DNA of 63,192 nt, counting the filler, from Olpidium bornovanus S191 (taxonomy: Eukaryota > Fungi > Olpidiomycota): the NCBI GenBank assembly GCA_017911155.1. It is 26 parts of 26 records of this genome, joined end to end, with 100 filler letters (N's around TTAATTAATTAA, not from the genome) between each part and the next. Parts side by side here need not be neighbours in the genome. Positions count along the whole stretch, not along the records: positions 4,602 to 12,796 come from JAEFCI010002295.1; positions 12,897 to 14,225 come from JAEFCI010011761.1; positions 14,326 to 15,582 come from JAEFCI010006744.1; positions 15,683 to 17,620 come from JAEFCI010000055.1; positions 17,721 to 18,722 come from JAEFCI010003180.1; positions 18,823 to 20,531 come from JAEFCI010001379.1; positions 20,632 to 25,609 come from JAEFCI010002240.1; 19 more parts are not named here. The stretch is one strand, 5' to 3'. Below, piece by piece: positions 12,101-23,276 of the stretch (the first letter of the stretch is position 1; each line of letters begins with the position of its first letter). The translations under genes and the position numbers were made by a program. The notes beneath the pieces were generated by a model. That model made no database searches. It was not told where the DNA came from and was given only the letters and a program-made list of their open reading frames with translations.

Positions 12101-12632
12101 GTTTGGATTCTCTCGCGGCCGCGTTCGCGTTCGCCTCGGAGAACACCGCCTCGAGGAGCGTGAGCAGAATCTCCGTGTCGCCCGCCGTGAAGGCGCCGAA
12201 CGCCTTCGCGGCGCGGTCGGTGCCGGCGAGGTCGGACACCGCCTCCCACACCTGCTGGAGGAACACGTTCGTGGGGCCCTTCGCGGCCGCGCCGTCCGGC
12301 GGCGCTGCGGGTTCGCCGCCGCTCCCGCCGCCGGGGCCGCCGCCGCCGCCGCCGGCGAACTTCTTCCGCCTGCTCTCGACGTGCCGCTGGTCTCCGCGCG
12401 AGCCGCCGCCGCCGGCCGCGTTCGGCGAGGGCAGAAAAAACTGCTTGTAGACGTACGCGGCCCACTCGCGGCAGTACGGGCAACTGATCGACTGGGCCTT
12501 CGCCAGGTCGCGCGCGAAGGCGTCCCTCTGCACCCGCACGTGGGTGATCGTGTGCGGGTCCTGGTTCAGGGCCTGGTGGTCCCGGAGGGCGACCAAGCTG
12601 GACGCGACGTCGGCGGGGTAAAAGTCCACCAT
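9168..12632 (-). CDS. Uncharacterised 1154-aa coiled-coil protein with N-terminal CxxC and two C-terminal CCHC zinc knuckles
   Basis: Uninterrupted 3.46-kb ORF with a helical core, a Pro/Ser-rich linker and C-terminal CDRCFERGHVSAQC and CAECGSADHFTADC (both C-x2-C-x4-H-x4-C). Confidence 0.75.
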   Translation of the reverse strand: MVDFYPADVASSLVALRDHQALNQDPHTITHVRVQRDAFARDLAKAQSISCPYCREWAAYVYKQFFLPSPNAAGGGGSRGDQRHVESRRKKFAGGGGGGPGGGSGGEPAAPPDGAAAKGPTNVFLQQVWEAVSDLAGTDRAAKAFGAFTAGDTEILLTLLEAVFSEANANAAARESKPGPTSSTSDPAGGEDAPEKPEAKPKHAANGDTAYLESFSLQISRWIALPPQNVTMPDFASPVVVSPRVVSGSSEDWRTYPLEVLDAVNWDDRSFLTLPVDDIQRLRSLSRDLLEDQMFSGGACHPRSKWKTPAEEKVARDAVSGEIERLGHDPQAEMEKALADVWKPLRDALAVIREQQAAREAVLGHASIQKLMKTFEDKHSEALAGFVLHEKYKKSGKKKGKGNVQEFTVSDVENGFTSFMQRLDDVNTALLEDFLFPLASEVMNIVEGTAAKLLTAADEAKARLTAMATVTPNTKRSFDHLFNIIREAFSLLIILTTKQLNQLEVDLLARIGEQADELDGIINVFLEETQPTTAGRLEKLNNAAFRKRIRRFEHAQQSLRAWFLEACELRLLPLKAIAGAALPLLDTLMREGERREGTVLSQMIHPETEMFKTLQTINSKRAAAVVEFSECVSTGRCELSLFVARCFLKEAHRMTLEARALKRQKSLLQQVNSDASSGGKKKKSKGASQPLAGNGVRPGTPQSATSSTNDATGDGSKKKNKKKKDVVISADKDSAADGNLLAPARVDHIHESNPEPGKDAASACPPRPAGLAAPAPVESPDSTARALSNGVDGRTSATPPEPGATTFHVKMSSNDVHDPADCATPLAAAANLFANPQMPGKSVAASAERKSTAAEPTCPQVPPAFAKPPLPIGSPLLPDQVSSPSAANTSAGRPPPGIANGGSQSEPTPTSSASSSVIDPLPGDLENYPPDRLVAFIRSLHEEKAHLITVVLNMQKQVASLSTRYVELLQVARGMDEDRRAREADHQRGWQAGLRQPNVGAVGDGEVSPRRDARIDGDGHRHEGRIPEKVRSGLQEPGPYNGAADAPRRSAAPPPGLFIPSPQAGTPGRGSPVPSHASSGGVTPIRQPRIPGPHSDGFAARGSGRRPASGRQPQPSVHHVRCDRCFERGHVSAQCTAGCAECGSADHFTADCGA

Positions 12633-12735
12633 TGTTTCGCCGGCGGAGGCAGACGGGCAGTCGAGTCGAGGGTGTTTGCGATTGGGGGAGCCTGTACGGG
12701 AGGGGCCGGGGACGACAACGCGTGGAGGGGGAGAA

Positions 12736-12769
<34 letters not shown>

Positions 12770-13438
12770 AGGAGAGAGAGAGAGAGAAAGGAGGGCNNNN
12801 NNNNNNNNNNNNNNNNNNNNNNNNNNNNNNNNNNNNNNNNTTAATTAATTAANNNNNNNNNNNNNNNNNNNNNNNNNNNNNNNNNNNNNNNNNNNNCATG
12901 GTGCATAAAAGGGTAAAATAAAGGGGGACGCTGAGTCGCCGATGCACAGGGAGCACCAGCCCCTGTTGCCCCTGTGTATGAACCTTAAATCCTCCCCTAT
13001 AAAAATGGCCTAGAAGAGATTTCAACACGACACCTTGAATACAGTCCTCTTTCCATCCTCTCCATCACGGGCTCGTCCTGGGTTCTCTTTCGAATTCTCC
13101 TTCCGGTTCTCCAACAAAACTCAACAGCACCCCTCTTCCCCCCCATTCCCTGTCGCGCACGCACCTCGGCACTGTCTTTCGCGGGCAGCCGCTTCCCCGC
13201 GGCAACACAGGCCAGGCTGTCCCGACCGCGCTTCGCGCAGTTCGCTCGCCCTGCCCTTCAGGCCCAACCCCGATCTTTCGCGCGTTCTGCTCGGCCGGAA
13301 GTCTCCTCGTCTTACGTTTTGCGCGGGCGCCGGCGGCGCTCCCGCGTGAAAACCGGCGCACGGCTGGGCGGCGGAGGGGAAGGAGTTCCCGGTCGACCCC
13401 GCGGAGCCGGACTGGCGACAGGCTCGCGACGGGCCGTC

Positions 13439-14225
13439 ATGGACATGCCGGTGACCACCATGCTTTCGGACCACCCGGTGCCAACGGCTCTGGCGGTCCT
13501 CGCCGTGAGCCTGGCGGGCGCACTATACTTCTACCAAGGCCACCTGATTTATCCGAGCAACGTGCCGTCGTGAGTGTCGTGGAGGAAAAAGCTGAGAGAA
13601 AGGGAGGCTTTGCAGGAGCCCGCGCCGCCGTTTCCGGTTGTTTTGGCAAAGCGCGCAAATACGAAAGCGCACCGCCGTCAACCGCCCCTAGAACTGACAG
13701 CCGTCCCGTCGCGCGTCCGCGCTCGAACCTGGCTCCGGCCCACGCGCCAGGGGATCTCGGGCGATCGTGAGTGTTTCCCGGAACTCTACTTGTTGGTGCG
13801 CGTCACCGTTGCTGTTGACCGCGAAAACCGCGCTGCAGCCTGAAGCGCGCGGAAGTGGACACTGACGGGCGGCGTTCCACGCCTATTATATCATTTCCGC
13901 CTCGGCTTGCCCACAAGGTCGCCACGCCGGATATGTACGACATGCCCCACTTCGAGGACCTGACCCTCGAAACATCCGACGGCGTGAGGATACGCGCGTA
14001 CCTCATAAAGCGGCCGACAGATGAGGAGACCAAGAAAGCGGTCACCGTACTTTTCCTACACGTGAGCAACCCCCGAGAGTTGCCACACGTGAACATCCGC
14101 ACGGGAGCGTCGTCAAACGCCGCGTGCTGATCGCAGAAACAACAAAAATGTTTGCTACCATTTTGCGGATGTCGGCACGAAAAAACCACCGGGTCGCGTT
14201 GTCCTAGGCCAATGCTGGTAACATG
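13439..14225 (+). CDS. bem46: Alpha/beta-hydrolase Bem46/ABHD13 family, 5' part
   Basis: Exons 13439-13569 (TM, LYFYQGHLIYPSN), 13751-13766 (16 nt), ~13919-14081 (FEDLTLETSDGVRIRAYLI..VLFLH) and 14208-14225 (ANAGNM). Together they give the family HANAGNM motif. Confidence 0.9.
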
Positions 14226-14325
14226 NNNNNNNNNNNNNNNNNNNNNNNNNNNNNNNNNNNNNNNNNNNNTTAATTAATTAANNNNNNNNNNNNNNNNNNN
14301 NNNNNNNNNNNNNNNNNNNNNNNNN

Positions 14326-14363
<38 letters not shown>

Positions 14364-14641
14364 CCCCTTTTTCTTTTTCTTTTTTTCTTTGGCGGTGGAG
14401 GCGTGACAGGGTATGGAAAATGCAACACGATCCGCCCACAGGGAGCGCCGCTTGCAAGCTTGAATTAACCCGCCTTCCGTCCACCATTCTGAATTATGGT
14501 ACGCACACGGTAGAATTTGAAGCAAATGTTTTTTGGATCAACATATTTTTTTTTATCTTTGCTTGAAGTTCTGCGAACGCGGAACGCACTCAGAGATTCT
14601 TAGGGAATTTGTCGTCGGCGTCATTTTCTTTCGACGCAAAA

Positions 14642-14680
<39 letters not shown>

Positions 14681-17600
14681 AAAGGGGGGGAAAACCCGAC
14701 CAGGCCGTCGCGGGCGGATTCTGCCAGCAAGAAAGTTCTCCGCAAAAGTTTTTGAAACAGAAATGTTCACCTTTTCCGATGTTCATGGTTGAAGCCGGGA
14801 CAAAGTGGTTATCCCCCGCGAAAACCTCCGGGTAAGCAATTATTTTTCACGCGGGTACGCTGCGTAAGACGCGAACGCCCGTTTACGTAGGGCTCGTATG
14901 TGCTAAACCTGTGCGTTCGGCTTTGTAGCCGCATGTCAAAACGCTGGTCCTCTGCGCACCATCCTAAAAAAAAAATTAACAGTGACTCGTTTGGGCGCTC
15001 CCGGGGCAGCCCTCAACCCCCCCCCCCCCTTTCTCTCCTTTCCTCCCTCCCTGTCATACCGGAGGGCGGCACCAGCTTTCGGACTAAGGGGCGGAGAGGG
15101 ATCGGACCCGAGTTTTTTAACGAAAAGTCATTGGCGCCTCATCTTTTGTCATTTGCCCAAACCGTCAACCCAAAATTGCGGCAACTTCTGTACGCCCAAA
15201 AACGGGCGGTGCGACCGTAACCATCAATTTTTATCTTCTCATCGCCATCGGAAGTTGCCGCAGCGGGATGGAGGTTGCCCGTTTAACAAGTTTTTTGATA
15301 GTATATTCTCATCCGCTTGCATGGCGAGAGTCAATACGGTTTTAGGAACCACACCCCCCCACGAAAGGTGTCCAAGGCGACAACTTTAGGGAGACGCCAC
15401 TGTGCAGGGGTCCCGAGTGTCTGAGGTATGTACAGTACAGGACTAAGCGCACCACTTGGGGTGTTCCATGGAGCACAAATTGTTCAGGAAAAACCAGAAT
15501 GAAAGTTTGCCAGTCCCTCCTCAGGCGGCGGAGGCACCCTTGAATGAAGATAATGTTCAACCCTGCAATAACGATCACGCGCNNNNNNNNNNNNNNNNNN
15601 NNNNNNNNNNNNNNNNNNNNNNNNNNTTAATTAATTAANNNNNNNNNNNNNNNNNNNNNNNNNNNNNNNNNNNNNNNNNNNNGGTGCCACGATGCAAAGC
15701 CGACGCCTCCGGCCGCGCCACTCCGCCCTCCACCCCCCTCCCCCCCCCCCCCCCCCCCTTCCCGCGCCGGCGCAATTTCGAGCACTCGAGCGAGGGGGAT
15801 CGCAAAGCGCAAAAGCTCTTGCTGGTCTGGAAGGGTCGTTTGTACATACGGGCAACCCGTCATCGCTTCCCTCTTCTGATTTTGCTTTCGGTTTCGGTTC
15901 CTCCGTCGCTCTCCGACGACGACAGTGGAAAAAGGAAAGTAGGGAGCACGGTGCCACGATGCAAAGCCGACGCCTCCGGCCGCGCCACTCCGCCCTCCAC
16001 CCCCCTCCCCACTCCATCCCTTCACCGCCAGCCCTTTTCTCCCGCTGGTGAGGCAAAAACCGCGGCAGAAAACCGCGTTGTAAAACGGCATCCGCGGGAA
16101 CTGCAATCGTCACATCGTGATCAATTTTCCGGTGCGCTAACGATGGTTTTGTTTGGTTATATATCGGTACTGTAACTAATTATAATCGACTCGACCGAGT
16201 GTTGCTATTATTAGGTTTAATTATACACATAAATATAAAAACATTTCAGTATTAAATAATAAAATATTGTAGTACAAAAATACGAGCAGTAGCTTCTCCT
16301 CGCTCTCCTCGGGGATCTCGTCTCCAGCTCCCATGAAAACCGGCGGCGCCGCCCGGATTCGAATTCGACCGGGAGGGAGAACAAGGGCCATGTTCACCTC
16401 TTTCCAACATCGACGGAATCCCTGGTACAAACAGAAACGAGAGACACGCTCAGAGTCGGCTTCGTTCATGTCAAAATGGACGAAAACGGCGTGGGTTTTG
16501 GTGGCGTTGTCAACTTACATTTTTTTCACCAGTCGGATGTCGCCGGATTCGCGGCGGCGGGGACACGGCCTGGCCTGCGTTTGGCATCTCGCGTCCGACC
16601 TCGTGTCCCGCCGTCGCGGTCGGCGGGGCGAACGGAGACGCGCCGGACCGGGGCGGTGGCCGCGCCGGCCCGCGGGGGCTCAGGCGTCGCCGGGTGCGGC
16701 GCCCGTCACTGTTCCCCACGGCGACGCGCCGCGGGGAGGGGGCACGCGGCCCGCCCGCCGGCGCCTGCTCGGGGTTCTCGAGGGCCGGCACGGTGTCGGC
16801 GCACGGGAGTGGGAGACGGGGTCCTGGCGCAGGACCTACCACCGGCGGCTGCCTGCCTCGCCGCGAGCCTCGGGGAAAGCGCGGGGCAGCGGACGCAGCT
16901 TCGGGGCGGGTTGTGTGTGTGTTTGTTTTGGAGGAGCAGCTGGCGGCGCAGAGAAGGGGGGTTTTCGTGCGCATTAAGGGGGGGCGTAGAATGACCAGGA
17001 CGGGCGTCCTCTCGTTCTGAACGGGGCCGCCGGGCGGGCAGAACACGGGCACTCTGTTTATGTCCATCGCCTTCACACCCACCCTTTCCTTTTCCTCCCT
17101 CCCCCCTCTCCCTCCTCCCCCTCCTCCCCCTTCTCCGGGCACCCGGACCCCCTCTGGCTTCTGGCGGTCGGAACTGCCCGTTATTTCAATGCACGTACGA
17201 AGATCCAGATGAAGGGCGCGCCTCGCGGGAGATGCCTAGTTCCCAAAAACGGGGGCGCTAAAATGCTTCACAATTTCTACGAAACTCTGTGGATAAAAAA
17301 CCAGGCGGTCGGCCGTTTACTCTCAAACTACTTTTCTAACCGGCGACCAGAGCCGGCCATCTAAACCCGCGCAATGACGGCCCTTGGATTCGGCGGCAAG
17401 GCCGGCCCTATATGATGCGCTTGAGCCTCTATATGATGACGATAGACCTCGCCATACCTTGGACGTGCGAGAACTTCTTTAACCTTCAAATCCAGAACTA
17501 AATCTTGATCCCTGAGCCAAAACAGTCAATGCTTGAATTTCCAGAACGGCGCTGGCGCGGCAGCCCACAATAGTTGACGCGTTACAGCGGGAGGCGCAAA

Positions 17601-17788
17601 TGGGGAGAAAACATGCAACANNNNNNNNNNNNNNNNNNNNNNNNNNNNNNNNNNNNNNNNNNNNTTAATTAATTAANNNNNNNNNNNNNNNNNNNNNNNN
17701 NNNNNNNNNNNNNNNNNNNNCATGCGGAAAAAAAACAGACCGCCAAAATAAATAAAAAAACCTTTTTGCAAAAGATGCTGACAAGACT

Positions 17789-18450
17789 CACAGGGCCAGG
17801 TCGTAACGCTCGGTCTTCTGAGGAACCGCGCCGGAGATGAGGCGCTTCCACGATTCGTGGGTCTCTTGGATGATCTCGGCGGCATACGTCTGCCATAAAA
17901 CCGGCGCACTTTCTGTTTAAACGTCCGTCCTTTCAAATGTGCGCCAATCTCCCTCGGCTTACCTTGTTCCGCGCCTCGCCGCTGAAGGCAAACTGATTTT
18001 CCGGCTTCCCGTCCGGGATCTTGTAAATCCGGAACCACTCATTGGTGGCGCGGATGAGGCCCGGGAGATGGCGTTCGACGTCCTCAATGTCTTTGTAAGA
18101 GAAAAGGATGCGCCGACCAAGGAGTCAGGCTTTACGTTTACGCCCTTCCCAGCACAACCTTACCTGCAAACCTCCCTCCCCCCCTCTCCCACACACGCAC
18201 ACACACCCGGGACCAAAATGTTCGTTCAACTCACCGTTGAGCTTGTGGGCCAGCGGGTCTTTGATATCGATGGCGAACACTTTCCAGTCAGTTTCACCCT
18301 CATCCAGGAGGGCCATGATTCCGAGGACCTTGACCTGCTTGATCTGTCCGGTGTGGCCGACAGCCTCGCCGATCTCGAGGACGTCAACGGGATCGCAGTC
18401 TCCCTTTAACTTGGTCTCCGCATGCGTGCTCATGGGGTCCTCCCAGGTCT
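17789..18450 (-). CDS. IPP1: Soluble inorganic pyrophosphatase (family I), internal exons
   Basis: [64 protein letters not shown] across three GT-AG-bounded exons. Confidence 0.95.
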
Positions 18451-18822
18451 GCAGGTTTATCCGAAACCCGCGAAAACCGACAGGGTAAGCGAGCGAAAAA
18501 ACAAAAATGAAAAAAAGAGATAGAGAGAAGAAAAAAACAAGCGCGTTCATTGTTTCGAAACAACCGAACACCGCTCTCAAACCTGCGGGAAGGCGCCGTA
18601 GTTCCAGATGTAACCGTGGTGCGGGACTAAAGCGCCGCGGGACACTACGTAAGCTGCGGTCGGGCACAAAACGGCCAGTTCCCCTACAACACCCCCCCCC
18701 CCCCCCCAAAAAAAGGGGGGGANNNNNNNNNNNNNNNNNNNNNNNNNNNNNNNNNNNNNNNNNNNNTTAATTAATTAANNNNNNNNNNNNNNNNNNNNNN
18801 NNNNNNNNNNNNNNNNNNNNNN

Positions 18823-19659
18823 GGGCGGCCCTCCGTTGCGATGCGAAGAAGGTTACGGAACTGCTGTATTGCTGACGTCTGCGCCCTGCTCCACCCTGCG
18901 ATCCAGCGCCCTGGCGAACCTTAAGGTGGTGAACGCCAACCCCAACATGTTCGGCAACGCAAGCGAGGAGTCCTACTTCGGCCTCCACGTCCGCGGTAAT
19001 CCCAAGCTTGCGTCGCTCGCCGGGTTGCAGAGCGCGCCCCCCGGCGGCGAAATCGTCCTCGAGGACCTGCCGCTCGTGACCGACCTCACCGGCCTGCCGG
19101 CGCCCTCCTCGGGTCCGCTCCGCAAACTGGCCCTCCAGAAAATGAACGGGCTGACCACCCTCAACACCCTTCCCGCCTACGAGGGTTTGTCAGGAATGGC
19201 GCTGATCGTCTCGGACTGCTCCTCGCTGACTTCCCTCGAGTCTCCGTTCGTTGTTCCCGCTGCGCCCGCAATTGTGAAGCTGACCGGCAACGACAAGCTG
19301 AGCGACGTCGGAGCGCTCGCCGCAGTCAAAACGTGGCCAAAGGGCGTCAACATCAGCGGAAACCCTCACCTGTGCGACTTCAAGGTGAGAGACGCCGCTG
19401 CCCCGGGAGTTCCTCGGTGGAAGAGGTCCCCCGATAGCGCCACTGTGCTCACCGAGCGATAAATTCCTGCCGCCTTTTTTTTATTTATTTATTTTCCCAG
19501 GGAATAAACACGACCATCTTGGCGGCCCAGCCGAACGCGGTGGTGACTCCCAATTGCTTCGTCAAACGGAGCGCCGCGGCGGGCGCGCAGGCTCGGAGCG
19601 TTATCGGCGCGGGCGCCGCCGTAATGACATCAATAAGTTTTGCGGCGCTCCTGGCTTGA
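18823..19659 (+). CDS. Receptor-L-domain / LRR-like cell-surface protein with probable GPI signal, 5'-truncated
   Basis: Repeats such as VRGNPKLASLAGL, VSDCSSLTSLE, LTGNDKLSDV and ISGNPHLC. Intron 19385-19500. The last exon ends in a hydrophobic tail, SVIGAGAAVMTSISFAALLA*. Confidence 0.7.
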
Positions 19660-20350
19660 AGACCCAGGGAACCATAGCCCCCCATTTTCACATCGAAAAC
19701 ATGTCTGGTTCCGTTGCGCCCAATTCTATTTTTTTTTATATTCCACGAACTTTGCCCTCGAATGTGCGTGTGTGTGTATATGTGTGTGTCTGTGTTTCTT
19801 TGTGGGTAACTTCGGCCGCCCAAACCAACGATGAACCCTCCCCTTAACAGATTTGAATCTCCCTATTGTTTATATTTTTATAATTCTGACTATTATTACA
19901 GATATCCAGTGGCGACAAAACGGGAGGCCAAGGTGCACCGCTCTCATTACGCAGACCTCCACTATAAAAAAAAACTGCTGAATCCAGATAGACTCCAATC
20001 GTAGCCAACACACAAAACATTCCCGCTTTCTTGTTGCCAGCTCACTTCTGGCGGCAATCGCCAATCTACGGGGGGATCCCCTACAAAGTTCGTTGCGTGG
20101 TTCATGCACCACGGTCCGCTACAGGCCGTCCAGGTCTGAGGCTCTCGTCTCCCGCGGACTATTGGTGTACTGGACATCAAAATAGTTCCGGAGAACCAGT
20201 ATTCCAGCGGTAATTGTGGCGTGGAGAGCGAGCGTCCTCGTTCCGGAAAGATAGCGGAAATGGGACTCGCAAAATGCCCACAGGATATCTGAGTTTGGTG
20301 CTCGGCGTGGTGGACGACGGAAGCACTGTCGGAGCCAGCAGCAAACATCC

Positions 20351-20385
<35 letters not shown>

Positions 20386-22760
20386 ACACGTGGGGCCAGC
20401 TGGCTATGGCTACACAGCGCAAGAGGCGTACCAAAACTTACACCCTCCTTAACGCGTCCGCCCCCCCCCCCCCCCCCCCCCGCCCCCCCCCCCCCCCCCG
20501 TCCCCCGCCCCCCCCCCCCCCCCCGGCGAGANNNNNNNNNNNNNNNNNNNNNNNNNNNNNNNNNNNNNNNNNNNNTTAATTAATTAANNNNNNNNNNNNN
20601 NNNNNNNNNNNNNNNNNNNNNNNNNNNNNNNCTTACACAGCTGATGCCGGTTACAGGTCGCCGCCGCCACCTAGTTCACAACAAGAGTGTGTCAGAGACC
20701 AGAGAGAACGCGCTTACCTTACACAGCTGATGCCGGTTACAGGTCGCCGCCGGGGCTGTGGCGGGTTTAGAGGATCAAAGGGATGGGCATATGCTTTCCC
20801 GAGGTTTTCGAAAGAAGAGGGCACATGGCGGCCGGCCCTGAGGCGTCCAGAATCTAGAACAAGGCCCCCGGCCGACAAGGCCGTGGGGGCTGACCCTCTT
20901 CCGGTTAGAAAAGCTCCACACCAGGAGCATCAGCCGAACGCATATGCATCCGCAACAAAGTCTCGGCGAGTGGCCCCCGGGGGCTAGGCTTTCTGTATTC
21001 AAAATACAAACGATCACCGGTTGCAGAAGCCCAATAGCTGTCCTAATCCACACTAGAGTGCAGCATTGTGACGGTTGAAGGATCAGTTGGGTATTAATAT
21101 GCTTGGCAAACCAACGGCTTCCTTCATGCACGGCAGGCATCAACGTTGACCGCCGCGTACGGTCTAGCCAGCAAGCGACGCCCCAATAGCGTGAAGAATC
21201 GGTTGCGGGTTTTGACCCGACTTGGCACGCCAACAGTTTTCTTCAGCCACCACGGCCGTCAACAGTTGGCACTTGGAAAAAAGAAAAAAAGGATGGGGGA
21301 AACCGCCGCGCGCGATATAGCCGGCGACGTCTCAGCCTGTGTTTAGCGGGAGGGGGAGGGCCCTCGCGACTATGGTGAGTTTCAAAGGCGGGAAAGAAGA
21401 AGGACGGGACATTAACAGCGGCGAGCCCGCGTGAAGGCAGGCGACGGAAAGGACGCTGCATTCGGGGCGCGCGGCGACGCCATCTGCCTCATCAGGCCTT
21501 TTCCCGGTTCTCACGTTCTCACGTTCGCACGTGGTTTCTTACGGTAATTTTACCAGGCAAAAGGGGCGGCGGGCGAAGGGCCGGGTAGGGGAAGGAAGAA
21601 GTGCGTCCGCCGCTCGTCCTTTTAGTGCTTTACCTAAAAAAAATCCCAGAATCGCCGCCTGTCTTTGGATGTCGTGTCAACAAATTTATGACATTCTTTC
21701 TCCCAGCGGGTCAAATTCGCGACCTTCGTTACGCGGGTCGGGCGGTTGGGCGCGACGTCCCCATGACGCCCTCCCGCGGTCAGCGGTGGGTCTCCAAGGT
21801 CGCGTCGTGCCCGCCGGATTGCCGTGACGGGATGGACCCTGGTTGTCGTTATGATGACGACGATGGTCATAAATCCCCGCCTCCTTTGCAGGCGTCGATC
21901 CGCTGCTGACATTGGTTCCAATGTCTACCTGCTTTTCCGGCAGCGATCCGTTTTGGAAAAGTTCTCGGTCCTGTTAGGGCTTGCGTTGCGCGATTTGGCC
22001 ATAAACTGTCATGTCCGCGCAATTCCTTTCTCCGCTATTGTCCTTGGCGGTTTTGCTCTTTCTGCGCTTCTCCCTTTGTTTGTAGGGATTTGCCATAACC
22101 CTCTTGCTTTCGTCCATTGAGGATTCCGTTTCGGTCGTTGGGGTGTCTGCGTCGGCATCCGTTTGTACGGTAGGTTTGGAGGGGTTCCGCAATTGGCGGA
22201 CCGGCGACCTTTGGGGCTGTGTGCGCCGCGGCGTCCTCTTCATTGGGTTTGGTGGAATCTTAGACCAGAGCCGTGGTCACGGGATATATCTCCTGGCCGC
22301 GTGGCTCCCGGGTTCGGCCGTCCTGCGTCGAGCTTCTCTAGGTGGCCTCCCTACGCGTCGTATCCCAGCCGTAGAACGAGGTATTGTTTTCGACGCGCGT
22401 CCCCGCAGCCGTCACCCCGTCGGCAAACAATGGCCTCTTGCTTCGCGTCGTCGAACGCGTCCCCAGCGGTCACTTACCAGAAGGCGAAGCAGAAGTATAT
22501 ATCTGGCCAGGGATGCGGAAGCATGCGGGGCGAGTCGCGAAGCTAACTCACGAATTTTTTTATGTGTGGTCTCAAACAGCGGCCTTCGGCGCTCGGATTG
22601 GAAGCGCGGCGCGCTTTCCGCCGGACCCCGGCGGAACGAGACGGGTCGTGTTACCGGAGGTGGGAGAGGGGGGAAGGAGGAGGGAGGCGGTCCGACCGGC
22701 GGACGGGGGACGACAGCGGCCGAACATTTTGCTCTTTGCAGCCGGACTTGTCGTCGCCTC

Positions 22761-23038
22761 GCGTTAAGACGCCCCCTGTTTGATGGGAGGCGGCGCAAAT
22801 GATCCGAAAGGCAGAATTATTTGCCTTTTTGCAATTGGTCAGGGAACACGAGGGAAGCCCGCGTTTAAGACGCCCCCTGTTTGATGGGAGGCGGCCCAAA
22901 TGTTCCGATGGCAGAATTATTTGCCTTTTTGCAATTGGTCAGGGAACAAGCGTTTAAGACGCCCCCTGTTTGATGGGAGGCGGCCCAAATGTTCCGAAAG
23001 GCAGAATTATTTGCCTTTTTGCAATTGGGGGACCACGA
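22761..23038. repeat. Three tandem copies of an ~89-100 bp unit containing a small hairpin
   Basis: Copies start at 22761, 22861 and 22950 (gcgtt(t)aagacgccccctgtttgatgggaggcgg...). Copies 1 and 3 contain AAAGGCA-N8-TGCCTTT. Confidence 0.95.
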
Positions 23039-23276
23039 GGGGAGCACCGCACCTCAAAAATTGCCTGGCCTGCCGTTTTGATGATGTCAGCGTTTATTCA
23101 CTCTGCGAGATGCGACGGATGCTTGTGGCGCGTGGCTACAACTGGTCCCGGCGGGGACCGGCCCAGCCCGAACATCGTCTCGCAGGGATAAATGTCACTC
23201 CGAGTGAACGCCCCGGCCTTTTTTTCCCCGAACCGCACCACCTCCTAATTTTTCTGTATTCCAAGTCACTTCAACC

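Noticed and set aside
8991-12848. Long Arg/Gly/Pro-rich ORFs overlapping real genes (also 26095-27188, 33170-34122, 55334-56433, 57397-58680)
   Set aside because: These are shadow frames of GC-rich coding DNA with no motifs. Poly-K and poly-F ORFs come from homopolymer tracts.
12897-13126. Possible LTR fragment (CTATAAAA, ends TCAACA) upstream of bem46
   Set aside because: It is truncated by the contig edge with no second copy, PBS or PPT, and could equally be promoter DNA.
15683-16012. ~60-bp direct repeat (15683 vs ~15950)
   Set aside because: One copy sits at the contig edge next to a poly-C run, so it is probably an assembly echo.
20632-20753. 36-bp direct repeat (20632 vs 20718)
   Set aside because: It is at a contig edge and probably a chimeric read or assembly artefact.
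22761-23038. CRISPR array
   Set aside because: The repeat is ~78 bp with 11-22 nt joints, the context is eukaryotic, and there are no cas genes.
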